DNA from: Phoronis australis
Taxonomy: Eukaryota; Animalia; Phoronida
Assembly (NCBI GenBank): GCA_002633005.1
Contig: NMRA01000586.1
Span: 92,068-156,067, forward strand
DNA: 64,000 nucleotides
Direction: 5' to 3'
The number at the start of each line of letters is the position of its first letter. Positions within the stretch are counted from its first letter, which is position 1. Shown one piece after another: positions 1 to 10,468 of the stretch. Position numbers and translations under genes: made by a program. The notes beneath the pieces were generated by a model. It saw nothing but the letters and a program-made list of their open reading frames with translations, was not told the origin of the DNA and ran no database searches.

Positions 1-11
1 GTTTGTAACCA

Positions 12-754
12 TTTTATGCACCCACATATTTATATGAGGTTGCATATTGCTGTCATATCTGTCTGGGCGTCCAGACTGTATCTCCTAAACCCCTTGCAGG
101 ATCTTACTGAAATTTGGCAGGTGTGTTCTTATGGGGTTGATGACAGAGGGTGACGAGTTTCGCAAGATCCCAAATACCGCTGTGCCCCCTGGTGGCAATT
201 TTATTTTTTTCCGTGTACCTCTATATCTTTAAGCGTCCTTAATGGATTTTCATAAAATTTGGAATATAGGCATCTATTGGTGAGATGACGCTATTCTTCT
301 GTCTTCGGATTGAATCGAGGTATTTTGCGCCACCTAATGTCCATTTTTGCCGTTTTTGAGTCCACCCCTCTGTCAACCCAACCATTCTAAAGGATGATTG
401 TGAAAACTGGCAGACATGTTCTTAGTAAGAAGAGGATGGTTGACGATAATTATCAGAAGACTTTGCTGTGGCACCTCTTGGTGGCAGTTTTGTTCATTTC
501 TACGCTTCTTAAACCTACTGCAGGATCTTTATGAATTTAGCAAGTGTATTTATATGAGATTGACAACGGTCGAGGATGACTTTCACTCAAATCCGGCAAA
601 CGCTGTGCCCCTTAGTGGCAATTCTGTTTTTTTGTATTTTCCAGTTTGCTTCTCTGAAGTTCGACAGATGGCTTTGATGTATTTTGCACAATCTGGTGGC
701 CATATTTATGATACAGAAGCATACCATTAGCAAATAATTCACGTTGCTCTTGTT
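12..754 (+). mobile_element. Non-autonomous Helentron-associated (HINE/DINE-like) element in an ASS1 intron
   Basis: 5' TTATGCACCCACAT...ATGAGGTTGCATA hairpin, internal degenerate tandem units of roughly 140 bp (GAAATTTGGC...GCCCCCTGGTGGCAA), 3' stem-loop AGCAA...TTGCT then CTTGTT; homologous to 10469-11306 in the opposite orientation. Confidence 0.7.
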
Positions 755-1180
755 ATTGATAATGAAAATCAATGTATACTGTATACATGTGTGAGATACA
801 AGTCCTCTAATCCAGCAAGTGTTACGTACTAGACGATTGATTACCTGCTTACTTAGCTGCCAGTTGATTTTGAATAGACGCTACACATATATCTATGATA
901 AAATGAACATCTAGCAGGTTAAAATATTACTAACATGATGTCGTCTCGAGAAATTGTGTGCTGTATGATCGCTATCCCACAGCCCTTTGTTAAAATGACA
1001 TCTCTCGTCTGTATAAGGTCAAATAGGTTCATTATTTTAAGGAGCTGTTTTTACAACTCCTGGTAAGGTGTTCAGTGTACAGTATGTTATAATTTATATA
1101 TGAATATTTGGGAAATGGAGAACGACAGTTTTAATTAGCAATAGTCCTAAATTGATAAATATTTGCCCTCTGCATGTTAG

Positions 1181-1337
1181 GTTTCTGGTACAGCCCTGAG
1201 TGTGAGTACACTAGACGATGTATCAACATGAGTCAGGAGAGCGTAGATGGGAAAGTGACCTTGTCTGTGTTTAAAGGTCAAGTGTACATCAACAGTAGGG
1301 AGTCGCCCAACTCCTTGTACAGCCAAGAGCTTGTCAG
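1181..1337 (+). CDS. ASS1: ASS1 coding exon (157 nt)
   Basis: ttag|GTTTCTGG ... GTCAG|gtaaga; encodes FWYSPECEY...SLYSQELV. Confidence 0.95.
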
Positions 1338-2518
1338 GTAAGAACATGCGTCACTGTGGCCTTTGGGATGCTTACATTTGAGGTCGCTTTGCGAGCTGCT
1401 CAAATGTGGTATGCCTTGTAGGGTGAAAATTGTAGCGATTTCTTTCTGAGCGGTGAAACTATAGGAAAGCTGGGCCTCTCATTTTGACAATTTGATCTCA
1501 TACATTGTCCTTACAAAGGCAAACTTTATTTCTGTTACCACAAAGATGATTTAGAGCTGTGCAGTAAATTTATATTAAATTTATTGTATGTTGTCAAACA
1601 TCATCTAAGTAATTATTATGATTCATTTTGACAGCATGGATGTACAGGGCGACTACAACCCCGTTGATGCTGAAGGGTTCATCAAGGTCAACGCTTTGAG
1701 GTACGAGTCATCAACAGTCGTTTTTGATGGTGGATGCGTTATCCAAGTTCTTGATTCTTAAAATTGTTTAGTCTTGCTTTAACTGAGTGTAGTAGTTAAC
1801 GCTCAGGTTACAGAGGGTGGAAATGATTTCATGGCTCCGCCTCTTAACTCCAGTTTCTATAATTTAAACCCCAATTCTGGACCACCAAACACCATTTCCA
1901 ATCTGCTTGCCTAAACTCAACATCGGCACTGTCAATATACTCTATGAGNGTTCATCAAGGTCAACGCTTTGAGGTACGAGTCATCAACAGTCGTTTTTGA
2001 TGGTGGATGCGTTATCCAAGTTCTTGATTCTTAAAATTGTTTAGTCTTGCTTTAACTGAGTGTAGTAGTTCTATAAAATCTTTGGTAGTTAACGCTCAGG
2101 TTACAGAGGGTGGAAATGATTTCATGGCTCCGCCTCTTAACTCCAGTTTCTATACTTTAAACCCCAATTCTGGACCACCAAACACCATTTCCAATCTGCT
2201 TGCCTAAACTCAACATCGGCGAGGAACCTCATTCTTAATGAGCTGCTCACATGCAAAATTGTACATTTTAAAGACCATTGCACCGCATTTTTAAGAACAC
2301 TTCTAGTTAAAGAGTGTGAAAGTTTCATATGAATCTGATCAGCCATTTCTGGGATATGATCTTATGAAGTTAGCCATGTTTAGACAATTTAAATTTTGTG
2401 AGTCTTACATAACCATAAGTGTATAGACAGCGTGTCTAATCACAGTCATGTTCTTTCTCTACACAGGCTCAAAGAGTATTGTCGACTACGCTCCCAACAA
2501 AAAGGTCACACAAGCTAG
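1181..2518 (+). CDS. ASS1: Argininosuccinate synthase, 3' part (last 3 coding exons: 1181-1337, 1635-1700, 2467-2518); 5' exons lie before the window
   Basis: Spliced translation [91 protein letters not shown] matches the ASS C-terminus (FWxSPE, SLYxxELVSM, DAxGFI). All junctions are GT-AG with consistent phases. Confidence 0.96.
1635..1700 (+). CDS. ASS1: ASS1 coding exon (66 nt)
   Basis: tttgacag|CATGGAT ... TTGAG|gtacga; encodes [21 protein letters not shown]. Confidence 0.95.
1950..2220 (+). repeat. Near-identical duplicate of about 1677-1927 after a single N (haplotype overlap or assembly artefact)
   Basis: Begins right after N1949 and repeats part of the ASS1 exon plus intron, with a 20-bp insertion and few substitutions. 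Confidence 0.85.
2467..2518 (+). CDS. ASS1: ASS1 terminal coding exon
   Basis: ttctttctctacacag|G CTC AAA GAG TAT ... AGC TAG; gives RLKEY, as in other ASS C-termini. Confidence 0.9.
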
Positions 2519-2762
2519 AATGCATTGCCAGGATCAACGTGGGCCGACCAGCAATCATCGTAGTGCGAACAGTCTTAAAATGTCTGTTCTAAAACAAATA
2601 CAAGCCAAGCTAGTAGTAGTGCTGAGTATCAATGATCTTTGCTTCAAGTTCCATTCCTGTTGTTGGCGAATCTCATGTATCCCGGGAATGTCATTATGGT
2701 AATTCTGTACTATCCTTATTATTGTCTGGAGGGTGGAGGATATAAAATATATTTGAGACGTC

Positions 2763-2768
2763 AATAAA
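2763..2768 (+). terminator. Probable polyadenylation signal of ASS1
   Basis: AATAAA about 245 nt after the stop codon, followed by T-rich sequence. Confidence 0.55.
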
Positions 2769-3454
2769 TTTTTGTTTTATTAACATTCATCTTGTTTCAC
2801 CCCATTTACCTAACTTGAACTACATGCGTTCATGAGAGCTGTTTTACGTAAACTAAACACAGCTCACGAAGCGCGTGCAGAAGCAAGTGAATTCTATGTC
2901 ACCATTCAACATGCATTGCGCATTACCGCACCAACTAGAACGACACAACGTGCAGTTTGCTTTCAGGACGGTTGGGGTTAGGCATGGGCTGAAGTGATGT
3001 CACTTCCTGTTGACTTTCCTCATGGGATAGTGATAACCTCAACCTCGCCGACTAATCACTTCAGAGGCGGACTTTTTGCTAGTTTAAGGAATTGGGATCC
3101 TAAACATAATTGCGAAACGCAAAGCAACAAATCAATTTCTGGCCTTACTTTATACAAATGATAACGTAGCGTCCCCACTTCAGAGATTTCTACTAGTAGT
3201 TTCTGATTTGGGGACGTTAGGTCATTGATTTATTGTTGTTTTGCATTGATGCCATAACTGGATATTAAATGACATACATTCATTTATAATTGCAAAAACT
3301 TTGCACTTGCGTAATCTAGACTTTTTACGAGTTTCTTGCATGAACAAAATGCACTCTGGGTAATTTTAATGCACATATCTCTCCTTTCTTCATGTAACGG
3401 CAACTTGAGCCTCAACTACACACGTGACTGAAATCATCCACTATCTTGCAATTG

Positions 3455-3762
3455 CTATAGACCCTCTATAAATGTTTTTCCATCATCACCACCTGGTGTC
3501 AGTCGTTCAAGTTTCCGCTCGGAAGACGTAATTATTCCCAGCGGTTTCAACTGTTCCCGTGTAACAAGTCCTCTACACAGCTTAATGTTAGAGATGATAT
3601 TTTCAGCTGTCCAGTGCTTGGATAGTAAAGCATGGTTCGGTGTGAATGTTCCATACTGAACCCTGCGAACTTGTGTACACACAGCACTTGAGTGCAGTTG
3701 TAGTCCAATCTCGTGAATTAACTTCTTAAGGTACGCATCTTGTTCATTCATCATTTTCACTT
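3455..3762 (-). CDS. TRUB2: TRUB2 terminal coding exon
   Basis: Acceptor ttttattgtttcag|AA GTG; contains LIHEIGLQLHSSAVCTQVRR; stop at 3455-3457. Confidence 0.93.
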
Positions 3763-6212
3763 CTGAAACAATAAAATTCAAACAATTTCTTAGATTACTT
3801 TGAAGAAGATACCACAAAACTTTAAAATTTTTAGTACTTTATTTGTAGTGGTAAACTTTCATAAATTTTCATGCAGCAATATTTTAAAAACTCCCTACTT
3901 CGGTGCATGTCTTGGGGGTGGAGCCATTTTTAGGAAGTTTTCAATATGGAAAATGTGCATGTAATTTTACACCATATAACATTGCAGAACTAGGTCACAA
4001 GCTTTCTTATCTCTGCGACAAAGGAGAGTTTTATCGCCATGTAATTCGGGATGGCCCTATTGGTTTTCTAGAGTGGACACATAATACACCAGTCAGACAG
4101 GAGTACAAGCTATAACTACGTCCAATGAACCTTTTTGACTATAACTAAAACAAGGTCCCTACCTAACTCAAAGTCAGGAGGATCAAACTGTGTACATTTG
4201 ATGCCATATATCAGTGGAGGGATCTTCTTCGTCGGTGAGTAAACCGGCCTTATGAGTCCCTGGAAGGCCAGATCATATGCTTCTTGAGACTGGAGGTCAA
4301 CACCTTCAAGTAAAAGGTCATTCATTTTAAACTCAATTATATATGGCAATATCGTTAAAGTCCATTAATTGGCAAAAAGCATTGACTGCTGTGAGTAAGC
4401 ACTCCATAGTTTTTTGCTATAATCTAACTGAAGGTATCGGATTGTTTTTTGACGGCTGAATTAACCTACACCAAATAATATAAAACCTAGTTCAAGGAGT
4501 AGCAAAGGCTTGCTCCTTATGTACATAATAAGACACTTACTGTAAAAATAAACATATCACTCAGAATCCAAATCTTGTAAAAGTCATGGTTCATCGACAT
4601 TACAATGTTGCCTGTTCACAAAGCCATTCAGCATACCTGCGTAGTTGATGTCCCACCTGTATCGCTGCGGTAACACGATCTACTTTGGCCTGAGTGATGT
4701 GTTCTGTGAAAGAAATTACATGTAGCTGATTACAGTCAACAGATCCCTACATGTATCAGTCAGAATAAACATTCATAGGGGTCCAGGATTTTTAAAACCA
4801 GTTTGGCACCTGTTAATCGGTGGCGAAAATTAGTTCTGAAAATGAGGGATCNNNNNNNNNNNNNNNNNNNNNNNNNNNNNNNNNNNNNNNNNNNNNNNNN
4901 NNNNNNNNNNNNNNNNNNNNNNNNNNNNNNNNNNNNNNNNNNNNNNNNNNNNNNNNNNNNNNNNNNNNNNNNNNNNNNNNNNNNNNNNNNNNNNNNNNNN
5001 NNNNNNNNNNNNNNNNNNNNNNNNNNNNNNNNNNNNNNNNNNNNNNNNNNNNNNNNNNNNNNNNNNNNNNNNNNNNNNNNNNNNNNNNNNNNNNNNNNNN
5101 NNNNNNNNNNNNNNNNNNNNNNNNNNNNNNNNNNNNNNNNNNNNNNNNNNNNNNNNNNNNNNNNNNNNNNNNNNNNNNNNNNNNNNNNNNNNNNNNNNNN
5201 NNNNNNNNNNNNNNNNNNNNNNNNNNNNNNNNNNNNNNNNNNNNNNNNNNNNNNNNNNNNNNNNNNNNNNNNNNNNNNNNNNNNNNNNNNNNNNNNNNNN
5301 NNNNNNNNNNNNNNNNNNNNNNNNNNNNNNNNNNNNNNNNNNNNNNNNNNNNNNNNNNNNNNNNNNNNNNNNNNNNNNNNNNNNNNNNNNNNNNNNNNNN
5401 NNNNNNNNNNNNNNNNNNNNNNNNNNNNNNNNNNNNNNNNNNNNNNNNNNNNNNNNNNNNNNNNNNNNNNNNNNNNNNNNNNNNNNNNNNNNNNNNNNNN
5501 NNNNNNNNNNNNNNNNNNNNNNNNNNNNNNNNNNNNNNNNNNNNNNNNNNNNNNNNNNNNNNNNNNNNNNNNNNNNNNNNNNNNNNNNNNNNNNNNNNNN
5601 NNNNNGGGCAGTCTTTACCTATTCAAAGCTATAATCTGTTCTGCATGAAACATATTACATGGGCAGTCTTTACCTATTCAAAGCTATAATCTGTTCTGCA
5701 TGCCACCTGTTGGCCACACCACTAGGTCACATAATGTGGCCAACAGGTGGCGTGCAAACCAGACTTCAAAATGTTTATGAACTACGGTAAAATCTAATAA
5801 ACATCGGATACAAAAAATATTTACACATTTCTTCGCTTTATTTAACTGACCAAGATCAAGTTATGGACGATAGTTACCACCAAATAAAATTTTCAAAAAC
5901 TGCGAGCATTCACAATGGAAAAAGACCTCAAACATAAAGAGACCAGTTATTTTTTGTCTAAATTTGGTGAAATTTTATCATTAATTGGAGTATTTCAGAT
6001 GGGGCCCAGATTGACATGGGTATCATACACACGACTTTCAACTCAAGGTGAAAGATGGTTTCTGCCAAAGTTCATGGGCCAAGCTTCACTCTCCAACCAA
6101 TAGGTGTCGCCAGGATACCAACAATACCTACCAGTGACCTCAGAGGCATCTCTCTTTAAACTGCTCACACAGTCCACATAGAAGTCCTCGTGTAGATAAC
6201 GCGGCCCAACAA
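3455..6212 (-). CDS. TRUB2: Mitochondrial TruB-family pseudouridine synthase TRUB2, partial (exons 6132-6212, 4637-4703, 4163-4303, 3455-3762; other exons not found, probably in N-gaps)
   Basis: Translations VGPRYLHEDFYVDCVSSLKRDASEV, HITQAKVDRVTAAIQVGHQ, GVDLQSQEAYDLAFQGLIRP...IYGIKCTQFDPPDFEL and EVKMMNEQDAYLKKLIHEIGLQLHSSAVCTQVRRVQYGTFTPNHALLSKHW follow the recalled TRUB2 motifs (DLxxQEAYxxAxxGLIRP; LxHEIGLxLxxxAVCTQVRR) in order. Confidence 0.92.
4163..4303 (-). CDS. TRUB2: TRUB2 internal exon (141 nt)
   Basis: cttgaag|GTGTTGAC ... GAGTTAG|gtaggg; encodes VDLQSQEAYDLAFQGLIRP...PPDFEL; 5' boundary slightly uncertain. Confidence 0.88.
4637..4703 (-). CDS. TRUB2: TRUB2 internal exon (about 67 nt)
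   Basis: tttctttcacag|AACACATC ... CGCAG|gtatgc; encodes HITQAKVDRVTAAIQVGHQ; donor phase conflicts with the next exon (see findings). Confidence 0.78.
4852..5605. other. Assembly gap inside TRUB2
   Basis: Run of N. Confidence 1.
5606..5765. repeat. 42-bp direct duplication followed by a small fold-back element
   Basis: GGGCAGTCTTTACCTATTCAAAGCTATAATCTGTTCTGCATG at 5606 and 5661; arms GCCACCTGTTGGCCACA / TGTGGCCAACAGGTGGC at about 5702-5751. Confidence 0.75.
6132..6212 (-). CDS. TRUB2: TRUB2 internal exon (81 nt) spanning the catalytic motif II region
   Basis: cctttcgcag|TTGTTGGGCCG ... GTCACTG|gtaggt, phase 1-1; encodes VGPRYLHEDFYVDCVSSLKRDASEVT. Confidence 0.82.
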
Positions 6213-9200
6213 CTGCGAAAGGTTTATGAAATACACACCAGAACAGAGAAATACCTTGTACAATGTTTTATTTTTCACAAACAAGAGTAACCTCATGGTA
6301 ATACGATAAACGTAATTATTATTTTCATATTTTTTTATAAACTCTATCACTCAAGGATAGACCAAACCAGTCAGTTTCCTTTTTAATCACCAAACTATTC
6401 AAGTATCATAGGAGCCAATTTGTCAATGAATTTTGCATGATAAGACATGCGACATATGTAAGTGGAACGTGGAGAATTTTGTAAATCGTAATCACTGCTT
6501 AGCAGATGAAAGTGGAGGCGTAGCTTGGCATGTTGATGTCGGGAGCATTGGAACAGGGATAAACATCATAAATGATGAGAAATAGATATTCAGTCTAAAT
6601 CAATGTTTTTATTACTGCAAAACATGGACAGCATGTGAACCTGAATCTATTTCAATGCGATGCAACTTCCAATAGAAATGGCAACTCTCACAATTGTCAT
6701 GTAGTCAGTATGCCAACAGGTGACTCAATTACAATATATGATATTTCACTCGTTAACTATATTTATGTGAGAATATGGACTTGTCCTTCTTATACCCCCA
6801 TCTTTCGGACTGTCCAATAACCGCTTGTGTAGATTCGCATGCGGTCCTCCTGCACTCGAGGCACTAGGACATTCCATTTCCAGCCTCACTATTGGTTCAT
6901 TTGTGTTACTGCCACGAGTTTGGTCAGCTCCTGGCTCCCATAGGCTGATGATTGTCACGTGTCATAGGGCTCCTTTGTTCTCAGTAAAGTTATATTTCCT
7001 GCCATCAGTACTTAGCTTTAGCAGCACTTAGGTTCGAGTCTAATCTCCCTTCATTTTTTCGCGTTCTCCGATCCCAGTTCCTACGTTCCCGGTAAGCATG
7101 TTTTTATTCCTCCCTCCTCTCGTTGATGCCAGTTCACAGCCTTTCTCTGGGATCACACTACGCCCTTTAGTCCTCTGGCTGGGCCATTTTGCCCTCAGCC
7201 ATGCTCGGTCTCCTGACCTATTTGGCCTCGGGTTCGATCCCCGTCTTGTCAAGCCAATTCTTGGGCCTCTCGGGTGCCACCCTAGCCCCCGGGCCCCGAT
7301 CCAATCTCTGTTTCCTACCCGTGTCTATTCGTGTGACTTTTGACAAATTGGTGTCCTTTGGACTTTTTATTCGTCCACATGCGCGAATTCACGTCTCTTC
7401 CTCAAAATGGCTCCCGGTACGTGTAACTCGATCTCACCTCACACATTTTCATCTTTTGTTCCCCTTATCTTGACTCATTCGTCTCCGTACTTCTCCTATA
7501 ATCGTTTATATCTCCATGTCATTATAAGTATGTATGTTTCATTTTATTTTACCTCCGGTGTTATGAAGTAGTAACCTGTGGGTGGTACTACCCCCCCCCC
7601 TCCCTCTCTCCTGTCCACTTCAATGCCCGTGGGTTCCTCAATCAACCTCTCAGCGTTCGTTTCCCCTTTCGTTTCCAACTCCGTCGTCCTAACCCCTTCC
7701 CTCAACCTCCCCCCCTTTTTCCCCCCAGTTTTCCCCCTGCCCCCCCTCCCCTTTTCTCCCGTCCGTCCTATTGTTGCGTCCGTGACGCCTGGCACTGTGT
7801 GCCTCACCTTTGGGTGACCGTGTCACCTCTTTGGCACTGGGTCGGCTAAGTGGTCGCCTAGCGTAGACGACCAATTCGGATTAAGCGTGTCCTTGGTCCG
7901 CAATTACCATTTTATGACTTAGCGGGTGAACTTTGGCCAAACAAACATTTAACTATTCGCTGTTCGTTCACCAGTGGCAACTCCGGTCTTGACATCGGTT
8001 TATCAACTTTTGTTTAACGTAAGCTTTATGTTGAATTACTGACGGCGTTGTAAAATCAAACGTTAAATGATATCGCGGCCAAATTTCTGCTTCTTAGTAT
8101 GAGACTTTTTATACAGTACATTATGCATAAAAACAAGCAAGAAATTTTAAATTTTACAGTAAAATTGCACAAACATCATAATACAACGCTGGCTATTTTG
8201 AGACATCAAGTGTTTTCATGCCGCGGAATGCTCAACAAGCAGCACGCATTTGCGCTCATCCGTTATTGCTCTTGATCATCACTTCATCACGCTGTATAAT
8301 GTGCTTTACCACAGATAATTATTGTTTATTTTTGTATAATTTCTGAATATGTTGGTACAGCAGAATAACAAAAGTTTATTTTAAGAACAACATAAACAAT
8401 GGTTTTAACATAGTGCACAGATTACGATCACGGGCGCATGAATGTAATCGGTTATAGTGTCATGATCAATCGTCATTCTGAAGTTGTTGTCATTTTCGGA
8501 GTAAAATATTGTTTCGAAGATAGAGCCTTCCTATCTAGCCAGCTAGCAGTATGAAGACTGTTGTCAAAATACAGCAAGGTGCCACTGTGTATTGAGTTCC
8601 GACAGACATCAAAATTGCACACAGCCCGGATACTTATGCTCGTCACCTCGTCGTGAAGCTTGTATCAACATGAGCTAAAGACCGGCGGCTGTGCATGCAA
8701 AATCTGGAACGCAATTGACATTTACCTTGCCCGTTACGGACGTTTAAGCGAAAAATATCCGACGTCATTTCCTTGCGTAATTCTCTGCATTGGTATCAGA
8801 GAAATGTATGTCGTCGTTTTGAAAGTAATACATTCGTGACTCGCGCCACTTCCAGAATTTTTTCGACATCTCCCATTAGATGTTGACAACATCGCAGCAA
8901 AAGTTGTTCTAAAATTCGGTTTACTGATATCAAATTCAAAAACATAAATTGAAGTGAAACCAATTCTAATCATTTGTTGTGACGTTTACGCAACCTCGAG
9001 GGAGAACGTCTGATTGAAGAATATGGGAAAAAGAAACTGGCTAATAGGTGACGCAATGTTTCATTGCACCGAAAGTCTACACAAAAGATCACACCGCATA
9101 TTTAGTAGCAGAATAATTGTAGAAAAGCAATTTTTACAACGCCGGTAAATCATTTAGATTACTCAAGGAAGATTTTATTCGGTCAGTTATTACCCACTGA

Positions 9201-9627
9201 ACGGCGCAAAGTTGTATATTTAATATAGTAAACAGCTTCGCACCAAAGCCGAGCCCTCTGGAGTAAGAACACAATACTTAGCGTTTCGCGTCTACTCCAA
9301 GGGGAACAAGAGCAACGCAGAGCGTTGAAATGCGCCCACAATTGCACCATTAACGGTATCCTTCTAGGGTTGTTTATTGGTACCATAAAGTGGCCAGTAG
9401 AGGGCATATATGTAGTATGTTGTACTTTGCAAAATGGAAAGGCATGGTCATTGTCTCCTCAATAGGCTAGGTTTCAAAATGCGAGTGATCTTCATAATAC
9501 AAGCACATCCTATGCATCAGTTGCTTAAAGCACCACAGAAACATAGAATTAAAAACAAATTTACCAACATACGAGATTAGCACAGCATTAGAATGCCAGA
9601 AACAAATTTCTACTAGGAACTTTTCCT

Positions 9628-10468
9628 NNNNNNNNNNNNNNNNNNNNNNNNNNNNNNNNNNNNNNNNNNNNNNNNNNNNNNNNNNNNNNNNNNNNNNNNN
9701 NNNNNNNNNNNNNNNNNNNNNNNNNNNNNNNNNNNNNNNNNNNNNNNNNNNNNNNNNNNNNNNNNNNNNNNNNNNNNNNNNNNNNNNNNNNNNNNNNNNN
9801 NNNNNNNNNNNNNNNNNNNNNNNNNNNNNNNNNNNNNNNNNNNNNNNNNNNNNNNNNNNNNNNNNNNNNNNNNNNNNNNNNNNNNNNNNNNNNNNNNNNN
9901 NNNNNNNNNNNNNNNNNNNNNNNNNNNNNNNNNNNNNNNNNNNNNNNNNNNNNNNNNNNNNNNNNNNNNNNNNNNNNNNNNNNNNNNNNNNNNNNNNNNN
10001 NNNNNNNNNNNNNNNNNNNNNNNNNNNNNNNNNNNNNNNNNNNNNNNNNNNNNNNNNNNNNNNNNNNNNNNNNNNNNNNNNNNNNNNNNNNNNNNNNNNN
10101 NNNNNNNNNNNNNNNNNNNNNNNNNNNNNNNNNNNNNNNNNNNNNNNNNNNNNNNNNNNNNNNNNNNNNNNNNNNNNNNNNNNNNNNNNNNNNNNNNNNN
10201 NNNNNNNNNNNNNNNNNNNNNNNNNNNNNNNNNNNNNNNNNNNNNNNNNNNNNNNNNNNNNNNNNNNNNNNNNNNNNNNNNNNNNNNNNNNNNNNNNNNN
10301 NNNNNNNNNNNNNNNNNNNNNNNNNNNNNNNNNNNNNNNNNNNNNNNNNNNNNNNNNNNNNNNNNNNNNNNNNNNNNNNNNNNNNNNNNNNNNNNNNNNN
10401 NNNNNNNNNNNNNNNNNNNNNNNNNNNNNNNNNNNNNNNNNNNNNNNNNNNNNNNNNNNNNNNNNNNN
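9628..10468. other. Assembly gap
   Basis: Run of N. Confidence 1.

Noticed and set aside
1950-1973. Apparent duplicated or mutually exclusive ASS1 exon
   Set aside because: Only the 3' part of the exon is present, it starts at a single-N join and has no acceptor; best explained as haplotype overlap.
4803-5689. Long ORFs of 281 and 289 aa in the ORF track
   Set aside because: Almost entirely X residues from the N-gap; not real ORFs.
6695-6965. Possible solo LTR (minus-strand CCAAT, TATAA, ATAAA, ending in CA) or TRUB2 exon
   Set aside because: No second terminus, TSD or partner LTR was found and no frame resembles TRUB2; support is too weak.
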